DNA of 64,000 nt from Antechinus flavipes (lineage: Eukaryota). The notes under the pieces were generated by a model, which saw only the letters and a list, made by a program, of their open reading frames with translations, had not been told where the DNA came from and made no database searches. The stretch covers positions 246,264,001 through 246,328,000 of the forward strand of contig NC_067400.1 in the NCBI RefSeq assembly GCF_016432865.1, written 5' to 3'. Made by a program: the position numbers and the translations under genes. This document shows positions 49,391 to 61,070 of the stretch, piece by piece (position 1 is the first letter of the stretch; the number at the start of each line of letters is the position of its first letter).

Positions 49391-49646
49391 ATTCCCCCAC
49401 TGAGACCAAGCTAGTCTGAAAGACTCGTCAGAAAGCTAGCCGAGCCCCAAGTGAAGGAGACAAGAGATTCATTCCATCTTTGTGCTGGCTGGAGGCTGAA
49501 GAAAGCAGAGGCAGAGGCTGAAGGGCAAAACCTTTGGATTTGGAGACATTCGGAGGGAGCTCTTGGAACCAAGCAGAGAGATAGGCCTCTAAGAATCTAG
49601 CTATCCAGGCCCAAGGAAAGAAACAAGACTTGGAAGGAGAAATAAT
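49391..49646 (+). mobile_element. Internal fragment of the 22951/44154 LTR family lacking both termini
   Basis: GTGCTGGCTGGAGGCTGAAGAAAGCAGAGGCAGA and CTCTTGGAACCAAGCAGAGAGATAGGCCTCT match ~44556-44650; no TG/CA ends or TSD. Confidence 0.75.
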
Positions 49647-52408
49647 CACAAAAACTGCAAGAGAAAATCATATGTTAAACCTAAAAGTTATCATGGAACC
49701 ATGTCCTTCTGTTCAGTTCTATCTCCTCTAGCAAACTTCACAACCAGTTCAGCTCACAACATTATCCTTGAGCTGAGGTTCTATCATCCATGAATTGGAC
49801 TAATTTTTAAAGAATGTGTTCAAATCCTTCAAAGCACTAAATTCTCTGATTCACTCAAACTCCCAGGGATAAAAAGTATCATCTGTAGTGCTCCAGCACC
49901 TGGCTTTGGATCTTGTTTGCATCCCCAAAATCATGTCTTTCAGATGAGTGCTTAGAAAGAAGGAGTTTCGTCTTCTACCTAACAGATAGCTGGAACTTAA
50001 TCAGTTTTTATAGATTGAAATATTTATTACTTGAATTAATGTTTCACACAGTAAAGAAAACACCATAAGTGCTAGAAGCAATGAACTTTATATCTTCTCT
50101 GATTTATCTTAAAATGAATGCATGTGGCTGTAGCTATCACTCATAACTCTTCTTCTCCATTCAGAAAAAAAGCATGGATATTCCAAAGGATCCACTGGCT
50201 TTTCAACAGTAATACTCTCTGGAGATCCATTCCATTCAGTTCCTCCCAAAACATATTTCTAAATGATTCCTAAATCTTTTTCAGGGAGACTTGCCCTCAG
50301 TATCACTTCAAGAGAAACTTCTCCTTCAGCATGACTTCTCTCTTCAACTTCTCTCAGTGGGAAAAGAGATTTTCATTATCTGTAACAAACCTGAAAATTT
50401 GTTTAATGGAGAGTCTTGTGTTCTGACCTAAAATTTAAGAGAAACTGTTATCTCAAAACTTCCCAGTAATTTCCTCTTGTCCACAACTAATGGCCTCCAT
50501 CTTCTTTCTTCTTGATCTCCATTTGGTTCTTGAAAGTCCTGGCCAGTTGGTGTTCCTTTAAAGCTTGGATACTCTTCTTCCAGAAAGGTGGTCAAAGGTG
50601 AACAATTGGCTTGTTGTCTAAAGCCTATTGAGTAAAATAAAAGTTGCTCTCTTTTCTTTCCTCTCCATTAAGTTTTTCCTTGTGGTAAGAAAGTAAACTT
50701 TTTCAAGCTCCCAGAACATCAGGGNNNNNNNNNNNNNNNNNNNNNNNNNNNNNNNNNNNNNNNNNNNNNNNNNNNNNNNNNNNNNNNNNNNNNNNNNNNN
50801 NNNNNNNNNNNNNNNNNNNNNNNNNNNNNNNNNNNNNNNNNNNNNNNNNNNNNNNNNNNNNNNNNNNNNNNNNNNNNNNNNNNNNNNNNNNNNNNNNNNN
50901 NNNNNNNNNNNNNNNNNNNNNNNNNNNNNNNNNNNNNNNNNCATCTCTAGAAAAAGGCAAAAATCTCTCCTCAGCACCAGTCTTACGTCATGAATTCTCT
51001 GTTTAAGAATTTTAAATTGATGTCTCCTACACCCCTCAGAACCTCCAGAATTGAAAAAAAAAAATCTCATCCTTCTTCAAAACAACCTTTCTGTTCAAAA
51101 CTTCTCTAAAAATTTCAAGAAAACTGCCATCAAATAAGGGAATCTGATTCTCTGAGAATCTCACACTCAGGGAAGGTCTTGACCACTCTCTATCATCACA
51201 CCTCTCCTGTTAGCAAAACATCTCCTTCCTGTGGAATTCTAGTTTCTAGAATTCCACACTTCTTGCTACTTATACAATATCCACCTTAAATCAGGCTTCA
51301 CATCGTTGCAAAATCTTTTGATTAGTTTCCCTCCCTTAATCTTTCCACTCAGATCTATGCTCTGATCAACTAATCAACAGTTGTTCTAAACAGTCTCTTG
51401 ATTTCTCTGCCTTTATAATTACTCCTAACCCCAAATCACTGCACCAACATTCTTGTAAACTCCAGTTTCTTTTTCTTTTGTACTGGTTTAGGTAGATACC
51501 CTCTATCTGATATTCACATACTATATTAGCTGATCTGCTTCCTACCTTTCCAGACTGAGAACACTTAATTCTCCTCCCCATATTTTATGTTTCTGTCCAA
51601 TATAGCCTACCTGCTTTCACTAAGACAATGTCTCTTCTGCATGACTTTCTTTACCCTCTCTGGCTACACACCCTGGCAAGAATCTTCTCCTCTCTCTTCC
51701 ACTCAACTCTGACTTTCCCTAATCCAAAAGAGTCTCAGGTAACATCCCATCTATAAGGAATCTCAGGTGAAATCTTATCTATGACATATGACAACCTCAT
51801 TGTCCAAGATTTGTACCTTTGCCTTTGAAATCTCCTATTATCTCCTCATATTTGTGTCAGGTTTCTTGTATTTTCATATTTTCATAGACCTTAGACCTGC
51901 CTGAGAACAGGGAATGTTTCTCGCCTGGAATGTACTGGCAGTGGAGTGTATATATTGTATACTTTACTTTGGGAATGGTAGTTTGATTCCCTAATCCTAT
52001 ATATTTTTTCTCCACAATTATTTCAGCCTCTGTCTGAAATTTGCTGTCACTTCATTCTCAAAGAGCACTGATCAAAGGAAATAGAATTATAAAGCACACT
52101 CAAAGAATCAGAAGGCCAGGCTTTCAAGTTGTGAAACAAGAACAAGATCCCCAGAAGATGACTATCAACAAGCACACCAGCCACATTAACTACATATTTT
52201 TGGCAACATTATAATCATTTCTCATAAAAGGAATGACATCCTCAATAGAATGTTCATAAAGAAATAGCATATCAAGAAAAAATACTTTTAATGAGCTGGA
52301 GAAATTCTTCTTGAGCAATAAACTATGACAAGAATGTAATTTTGCCCAAGTTTATTAATGGGAATTATGCAATTTAGAATTAATGGGCCACACCTCCTTC
52401 TGAAAGAG

Positions 52409-52415
52409 TATAAAA
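52409..52415 (+). promoter_or_regulatory. TATA box of copy 6
   Basis: TATAAAA 85 bp upstream of the ATG at 52494. Confidence 0.85.
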
Positions 52416-52493
52416 GTCCCCCTCAACGTGTTCCTCTACACACTCACACAAAGGAAACCCTGAGATCCTTCCAAATCTGTGAAACTTGAAACC

Positions 52494-52721
52494 ATGAGCT
52501 ACTACGGCAGCTACTATGGAGGCCTGGGCTATGGCTATGGCTCTGGTTATGGCTGTGGATGTGGCAGCTACCGTGGCCTAGGCTATGGCTATGGCAGCTG
52601 TGGCTGTAGAGGCCTGGGCTATGGTGGCTATGGCTATGGAGGCCTGGGCTATGGTGGCTATGGCTATGGCTGCTGCCGCCAATCTTGCTGTGGAAGGTAT
52701 TCTTCTTATGGCTTCTACTGA
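52494..52721 (+). CDS. KRTAP: HGT keratin-associated protein, copy 6 (75 aa; C2S, P63Q)
   Basis: Two nucleotide differences from copy 1, both non-synonymous and none silent; AATAAA at 53005. Confidence 0.95.
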   Translation: MSYYGSYYGGLGYGYGSGYGCGCGSYRGLGYGYGSCGCRGLGYGGYGYGGLGYGGYGYGCCRQSCCGRYSSYGFY

Positions 52722-54242
52722 AAAACCACCTCCTCCTGCAGTGTCCTGGAATCCTTGTGCAACTCTGCTTGGTGAAATTCCATGGCATTTTAAAGACATC
52801 ACCTTCCACCTGCTTCTACATCTTGATGATATAGGAGAGACACCACAAGAAGTCTCACCATTCCTAAGAAACAGAGCAGTGAATGCCAGGGATTCAGAAG
52901 CACCCGGACCCTTCCCTCTGGGAAATGATACTGAATCTCAGCAGAGATTCCAGAAGATGTACTCAGCTCTGATATATCATGCTGAGAGATCTGTTATAAT
53001 TTTTAATAAAATTATTTCACTTATTAATGAAACTGGTTTCATGACTTTTCCTTGATCTTCATCTACACAGGTGTCAACTTCACATTATAAAGATTTTCAA
53101 TTTTTATTTGCACTTGTGTGTCATCATAGAAGCTTTAGTCTCCAATTCATCTTTTGCAATGAGGACAGAACTCTGCAGATTTCATTTGGTTTAAAAAAAA
53201 ATACATTTTATTTTCTTGTTCAAAATAGGAATTCTGCAGAACTTAAATTTAGTACTCCATTATGCCCAGGTCCCATTTTAGTGGAGTCAAAGAATATAAT
53301 CCAATAATCCATAGCCCTTCTTTTATATTCTGTGTGCATAGTGACTAAGTTTTTAGGTTCAAGATTTCTCAAAGGTTTCTCATGTTCATGGTTCATCATT
53401 TTCAAGCACAAGTGATCCCTAATGACTGTCAGCAATAGCATTACTACACTGATTTCCAGTTATCATCCACCATTTTGTTAACAACCTCAAATATGAAGTT
53501 TTAGAGCATAGTACAAGAGAAAGGCATACTACAAAAAAACTACAGAAGAAAGTCATGTGTCAATGCTGATGACCTTCTGATGGGTTCCATCTCGTCCAGC
53601 AAACTACAAAGCCAGTCCAGCTCACAATATTGTCTTTGAGCTGAGGCTCTCTCATCCATGGAAGAATTGTGTGTAAAGAATGCCTTCAAATCCCTTAAAA
53701 CACCTTACCTCTCTAATTAATTCACACTCTCAGCAAAAAAAAAAAAAAGTATCTGCTTTACAGCTTCACAGACTGGATTTGGACTTTGCACCCCCAAAAT
53801 CATGTCTCTCAAATGAGTCCTTGGGAAAAAAGAACTTAGTACACATAGTAGAAAATTAATCAATTTTATAAACTGAAATGTTTATTGTTTAAATTAGTGT
53901 TTCAGATAGTGGGAAAAAATACTTCTAGCAATGGACCTTATATCATCTGTGCTTTATCTCAAAATGAATGTATACTATCATAGATATCAATTATAGCCCT
54001 TATTTTTCATTCAGAAAAAAAGCATGGATATTCCTACAAATCCACTGGCTTTTCAACAGAGACTTTCAAGTGACACATTTCATTTAATTCCTCCCAAAAT
54101 CTATCTCCAAATGATCTATAAAGTCCAGGCAAACTTGCCTTCAGAAACTGCTCTTTTAGGAAGATGATTTCTTCAGTAGCTCTCAGTGGAAAAGAGCTTT
54201 TCATTCTCTATAACAAAGCTTAAATGAATTTAAGGGGTAAAA

Positions 54243-54772
54243 TGTTAAGTACTATTTTCATACTCAACTACTGCTGATCCTAGTTCCTAGGTCTAATCAG
54301 AGGAACTTTGGCAAATATTACAAATCTTACCTCTATTTTGAGGTCTCCAGAATTCTCTGGCTGCTATCTCATATGGACACAGTTTGAGCACAACAGAGCA
54401 CGCGAGAGTTTTGGCAGACAAGCTTATTGGTTTATTTATTGGTTTATACCTCACTCTATGACCTCCTGTACTCTTAGTATCTCTCCCCAAGCCAAGCTGC
54501 AGGTGGAAAAAGAGGAAAAGAGAGGTCAAGTTCCTTCTCCTCTGAGCTTATATAGGGTCTATGAGGTCACAGGCACAAGCCAATTGATGTTAAAGATTAC
54601 ATCCCGAACTTGACATGAGATCAGAATAATTAGAATTCCCACTGTGGCTGGAGGTCCCACCCATGAAGGAAGTCCCTATATACTCATATCCAATCACATC
54701 CGGGGACCTCAAAACCATTGGCCTACTTACATCCCAATTGTGCTTGCCTGATCTTTCTAATGGACCCTTACA
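54243..54772 (-). mobile_element. Solo LTR (530 bp)
   Basis: TG...CA ends; 6-bp TSD GTAAAA (54237-54242, 54773-54778); minus-strand TATATAA at ~54548-54554 and AATAAA at ~54431-54436; empty site at ~11809. Confidence 0.88.
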
Positions 54773-55454
54773 GTAAAAGACCTTCTGGATCTAAGGTGTC
54801 TCACATGGGAAGAAATAAAAAATATATAGTCTATATTTAATGGTGTTCACCTTTTAAAAGTCTTTAAGAAAGTTGACATAGTCCCCTAAGGGTCCTCTAA
54901 GCTCAAGAGCCCACTTCCTTCAAATTAGCCTCAAGAGCCTTGAGTTACAGATCCTTTTTCCAACCAGTCTGAACTTCTCTACATGCTCAGCAGATTGCTT
55001 GAAAGCCAACCATGCACTGACTAGTACAGGTTAATGATGAACCATCACCTCCATTTTCCTGAATTCTAGTCCCTTATGCCCCTCTTTGTGCATTCTCAAG
55101 ATTACCATGGGATGTCTTCCTAAATTCTTTCCTTCTATTCTATTCTATCCTTCTATTCTATCTATTATCTAACTAAATTCTTCCTTTCATAGATATATAT
55201 GTAGAAACATATATGAGGAAAACTATTCCTTGTTCTCCTAATTTGCTTATGCTTTACATCTAAATCATGTACCCGTTTCAACCTTATCTTGTATGATATT
55301 CAAATCTTTTAAAAATGTATGTTCATAAAATGAACTGTTCTGCCTTTTAAAATTATCAGATACTTTTAAAATGGGAAAATAATTTCATTTTCTTTACCTT
55401 TATCAATATAATTTTATAAGTAAAATCCTTAATTTAATTTTGACAATGTGTTAT

Positions 55455-56250
55455 TAAAATATACTCAAAGTGAGCAATGTGGAACTATGCTCAAAAAGTT
55501 ATCAAACCATGCATACCCTTTGACCCAGCAGTGTTACTACTGGACTTATATCCCAAAGAGATTTTTAAAAAGGGAAAGGGACCTGTATGTGCAAGAATGT
55601 TTGTGGCAGCCCTGTTTGTAGTGGCCAGAAACTGGAAACTGAGTGGATGCCCATCAATTGGAGAATGGCTGAATAAATTGTGATATATGGATATTATGGA
55701 ATATTATTGTTCAGTAAGAAATGACCAAGAGGATGATTTCAGAAAGACCTGGAGAGACTTACACAAACTGATGCTGAGTGAAGTGAGCAGGACTAGGAGA
55801 TCATTATATACTTCAACAACAATATTATACGATAATCAATTCTGATGTATGTGGCCTTCTCCAAAAATGAAAGGAACCAAATCAGTCTAAATAGAGTAGT
55901 AATGAACTGAACCAGCTACACCCAGGGAAAGAACTCTGGGAGATGACTATGAATCACTACATAGAATTCACAATCCCTCTATTTTTGTCTGCCTGCATTT
56001 TTTCACAGGTTAATTGAATACTATTTTAAAGTCCAATTTTTTTTGTACAGCAAAATAACTGTTTGGACATGTATACTTATATTGTATTTAATTTATACTT
56101 TAACATATTTAACATTCATTGGTCAATTTGCCATCTAGGGGAGAGGATGGGGGGAAGGAAGGGAAAATTTGGAACAAAAGTTTGGCAATTGTCAATGCTG
56201 TAAAATTACCCATGCATATAACTTCTAAGTAAAAAGCTATAATAAAAAAA
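55455..56250 (+). mobile_element. 5'-truncated LINE-1 3' end
   Basis: ORF2 C-terminal fragment (55477-55683, WNYAQKVIKPCIPFDPAV), 3'UTR and A-rich tail. Confidence 0.9.
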
Positions 56251-57299
56251 TTAAATATATATACATATATATGTACATATATATATATATACTCAAAGCC
56301 TGATAAATTATTGATAGACAAATTTGATAAATAAATGATAGGTAAATTTGAAAAGCAATCACATACATATATACTTCTTAAAGAAAACAATATAATTCCA
56401 TTGCGTTCTCAATCACTACTCCATTTAATTAGAAAAGATTTTATGTTACATCTTTGTCTTATTAGTTTGTCTAATCATTCTCCCTTTAAGCATATCATCC
56501 CATATTAGAATTGGACCACAAATATAGATTAAAATTTTTAAGATTTCATATTTGCATCCTATTATAGTAACTCAATGATGTGCCGGTATCAATCTTTGAA
56601 TATATTTGATGTTGTATTCACAAAACTTCCATAACTCATCTGTCCTAATTATAGAAATTTGCTATATAAGGAAAAAGAGGGACATAGTTATACTAATATC
56701 ACGTAATGGGGAAGGAGGGAGAACTCTATTATTTCTGTTTGATTCCAGGCATGAGTTATATCACACAGCTAATTATGTAGGTATAAGGTGTCAAAAGCAA
56801 GATTTAGGATTAACCAGGTTCAGAAATTTCCTTTTCAGAAAAGAAATAGTATAATGGGGAAATAAAGTCAAGAGTTTTTAGGCCACAATCACATTGTCCC
56901 CCTACATTTTTCTAGGTACAGACAATCACTTTTAGCAGTTCTCAGACTAGAGTACATATCCTTTAAAAAGCTCAATTTACAATCTGACAGCATTCAGATT
57001 AAAAGAGAAGTTTTGTTGTCTAACAGTATTTCTGTTACAATGGTCTCTCAAATTTCACAATATAAAAGAAGTTAGAAATACATTAATAATATAACATAAA
57101 CAATATCATATATTTTAAACATGAAAGAAAGCTTCAGATGACATCAATTCAGCTGAATGCATTTCCAGATTATCTTATATAAAAACCATTAATTTAAAAT
57201 ATTAAATTTATTTTAAATTATTAATTTAATTTATTAAATTTATTAATTTAAAATATTAAAATATCTTTGGCATTTTAAACCTATCTTAGAGTTAAAGAA

Positions 57300-57473
57300 A
57301 CAATAATAATAATATAGTGTTTATCATTTGTCATTTAGTGAAATACTTTATAATCATTACATTATTTTGATCCTCCCAACAATCCTGAGAGGTGGGTACC
57401 ATTATAATTTTTCTCTTTACAGATCAGAAAACTGAAACAGAAATAAGATAATTTGCTTAAGACTACACAGTTA
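57300..57473 (-). mobile_element. MIR-like SINE remnant
   Basis: TTTGATCCTCCCAACAATCCTGAGAGGTGGG...TTTACAGATCAGAAAACTGAAACAG resembles the reverse complement of the MIR core. Confidence 0.7.
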
Positions 57474-57733
57474 TATATATTTAAAAAAAAAAAAGACTGC
57501 ACAGTTACCACATTTCTGCAATTGGAATATAATTTGCTTCCCCATATATTTCCAGTATTTTAAAAAGAGCAAACTGTATACTTATTTTCTTCCTTCTGCT
57601 ATTATTTCCAAATTAGTTACCTTTCTTCTTTCATAAAAAGGCCATAAATTTTCAGGGGAGAAATTTAAGTGACATTTGCTTTTAAAACTTTTAGAAAATT
57701 TGATTCTTATTTTTCCTTACAATAAATTCTACA

Positions 57734-57885
57734 GGGGCAGCTAGGTGGTGCAGTAGTAGAGCACCAAATCTGAAGTCAGTAGGACCTGAGTTCAAATGTG
57801 GTCTCAGACACTTAACACTTCCTAGCTATGTGACCCTGGTCAAGTCACTTAACCTAATTGTCTCAGCAAAAAAAAAAAAAAAAAA
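57734..57885 (+). mobile_element. tRNA-derived CORE-SINE (WSINE1/Mar1-like) with poly(A)
   Basis: GGGGCAGCTAGGTGGTGCAG, GAGTTCAAAT and core sequence; poly(A); approximate TSD AAATTCTACAG/AAAATCTACAG. Confidence 0.9.
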
Positions 57886-58076
57886 TCTACAGAGTGGTAT
57901 CCCAAAACTCACTAAAATATTTCAGAAAGGAGTGAGTTCTCAGAATTAGCCAATGTTCCCCTACAATCTTAAAATGATTAATTTCCATACTCTACAAACT
58001 TTCAAAATCTGCTAACATTTTTAGCAGTTCTATAAACTTTGATTATCTGGTTTTATGAAGGTTGAAATTGAATAGG

Positions 58077-58667
58077 TGTAAGAAAGTGGCAAGGTCTGAG
58101 AAACCCTAAATCTAGTTAGCCTTGGAAGTGCTATAAACAATTATGGCCAATTTGTTGGTCAGTAAACTGTAGAACTCAAAGATGGGAACTACCCCACCCC
58201 TACCACTCTGTGATTGTACCTCTAAATTATAATATTAGCATATCAACCTAATCTTTGGGGTTTTTTTCCTGCAAAAATATCTTCTTGATTCTGCCTCTTT
58301 GCTAGATTCTCCTGGAATTAGCCTGTTATCAAGCAGCATAATTTCTTCTTGCTTCTGCCTCTTGACTAAACTCCCTTTGCTAAACTCCTTTGGAACTTTA
58401 GTCCATTGTCAAGCAGCATAATAAATATTTGCCCCTTAACTTGGAGAAAAACTGTGTGTGAATTCTTTTGCCAAACCCACAACACTGACCAGGGAGACCC
58501 TACTACTGTTAGGGTGTCAACAAAATGATAGAATAAGGGTCTTGCAAGTTTTATCTTCTTTTGTTCCCTCATAATCTAATATCCCGTGGAAAGCCTAAAG
58601 TAGGAGTTAATCCTGCTTACTGGGCAAATTATTTCAAGTGTGAAATCTCATTAATTTTTCCCCCACA
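58077..58667. mobile_element. Possible old LTR
   Basis: TGTAAG...CCCACA ends and LTR-like composition, but no TSD found. Confidence 0.35.
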
Positions 58668-59209
58668 GCATTCTAAACTCCTTGACTGCTGCCTTTTTAT
58701 CAATTTTTTTTAGCTGACTGCATTTTGTTTTTTAGAAATCTTTCAAGGTAACATTATTTACAAACGCAACAGAAGAAGACAAATTTTTCCTACATTTTAC
58801 AAAGGCACAAACACAGAATAAAAATAAAGCAAACACATAAACATGATAATTCTATTTAAGCTTTTCTTAAAGGAATCCAAGTTGCAAAAGGCTTCTTCTT
58901 TGGTAGTTTCAAGTAGCTATTTATTAAAAGTATCCTATTTGGGATATTTAATTTTCTTGCCAACTTTATCAAAACATTTCTTAAGACAAGTCATTTTATT
59001 CCAGTAAAAAAGAACCCCATTGAATTGAATAAACTGAGTGAAGACCTCTCATAAGAATGTGCCCTCCACCTGTGTACTGATTGTGATTTGAGATTTTGCA
59101 ATAACAAGTTGAGCTACAGCTAAAAGTTGTAGGTGATTGATTATCTTAAATAACAAACATTTCCCTCCTGTTCTCCTCACTTACATTTTCAATAGCATTT
59201 AAGTACCTA

Positions 59210-59479
59210 ATGCAGTAAAGAGTGGATTATTGACTAGTATTTTTTGTTTCTGAGCTCTGATGATGAATTAGAACTCTTCAGCCAATGGGAAAGAAAGGTC
59301 AGAAGGGGCTTCTGGTTAGGATCTATACAAACTTGTGTTTTGCAGTTTGTACTTTGCACTTCTCTACTGACACCTTGTCTGTTAGGAGTTACCCTTTCTC
59401 TGAAATTGTAATAAACCTTTTTCTGCTTTTTATCTTGAGAGTGTCTGACTTTAATTTGGGTAAAGATCACTGTCCCACA
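59210..59479 (+). mobile_element. Possible old LTR 3' portion
   Basis: CCAAT at ~59282, AATAAA at ~59410, ends CCCACA followed by a TGG-containing PBS-like stretch; 5' boundary uncertain. Confidence 0.35.
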
Positions 59480-61070
59480 CTATTGGCAAAAATGTCATAT
59501 TATGCCAGTTACTAAGAAACCTGCAAGTCTCTTGTTCGTGGACTAAATGCATATGCCCTGTAGCCAAGTTCTTTGAAGACTCATTCTTTAGCTTCTAGTT
59601 TCTCACAACAATGAGGAAAACAATTACAAAGGTGCCTGTTTCAAAGAAGTCAAGAGACTTCACCAACAGAAAATGGACAAATCCCCTCTTCAGTCATGAC
59701 ACCAAAATTTCAATCCTCAAAGGGAACAGAGCTCGACCAAAGATGAGACTCTCAGGAGCGAGAAAAGAAAAAATTGTTCACTGACACTCTTGAAGATGCA
59801 CATCAGCTAATCATGATGGGCTCCTGGAGTTACTGGAGTTTGTATTACACTAGGGAAGGCATAAGGAATGAACTTTTCAATCCCACTTCTAAAACCAGCT
59901 GTCAACCCTGAACAACAAATAACCTTACAAGAGGTCATAGAAAAAGTGTTGTACTATCTACTCTGAAAAATAAAAGAAAATACCAAAGAGTTCAGAGGAG
60001 TTATAGGCAAAAAGCTTTCTATATTCCATTGAAAAAGGAAACTAGACAAATGTGTTGGGGTTTCTGCTAGGACTGAGGAGACCCAAAGCAGTGAGGCATA
60101 AATATTGATACACAGTTGTGGCTAGACAAAGAATCAAGCATGAGGAATAGCAACAGTAATAAAGCACGATAGCTACAGTGAGACAAAGTTGCCTAGTGAC
60201 AAAAAGATTTTTTGTTAGCAGGGCTTCATGATCAGGATATCATCTCAGGCTCATGGTTCTTCACTTCCAGATCCAGGTGGTACCTGATGACCAACATGAT
60301 GGATGATGTAAAAGAGAAATTCTCCGTAGGGAATGCTTTTTTTTAAATCTCCATTAAGCCAGCTCTTATGGGTATACATATCATACAATGGCTCATACAA
60401 TCTTACATTTGTATATGTCTTATAAAAATTGTATTCATATATGTCTTATTGCTCTAGTGAACCAAAGGTTTTTTTGAGGGAAGTTTTACATACCAACAAC
60501 AATGAGAATGCAGAAGAGGGGGAGAAGGGAAAAAAGGAAAAGATAGAAGAGGAGGAGGAGGAAGATGGACATTTTTTAAAAGACAGCCTATCCTCAATGT
60601 CATGAGAAACAAAAGGTAGAATAAATATTAGGAAAATATTATTCAGAGGAATGATGTTTCCCTCCAGTCATCTCAACATCAACCTGAAACTTGCTATCAC
60701 TTCATTCTCAAACAGCATTGATCAAAAAAAAAAAAAAAAAAAAAAAAAAAAACAGATTTCAAAAACACTCCTAAAGAATCAGGCCAGGCCATCAAGCTTG
60801 GAGACAATGTGCCCAGAAGAGGCCATAAAAACTGGATAAAGCACCAGCCACATTAATCATACAGAGTTTGCCAACCTTGTTATCATTCCTCATGACAGGA
60901 ATGAGATCCTTGATATGGAAACAGCAAATCAAGAGAAAATGCTTTTAATGAGCTGGAGAAATTCTTCTCAAGCAACAGACAGTGACAAGAATGTGACTCC
61001 ACCCTAGCAAATTCATTAAAGGGAATGATGTGATTTTGGAATAAATCTCCTATATCTTCTGCTGAAAACA

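Noticed and set aside
10025-52721. Regularly recurring identical sequences suggesting a CRISPR-like or prokaryotic array
   Set aside because: Eukaryotic DNA; the repeats are 228-bp genes within kb-scale segmental duplications, with no short repeat-spacer structure.
57180-57265. Almost pure A/T stretch with a short internal direct repeat
   Set aside because: Ordinary low-complexity slippage; no supportable function.
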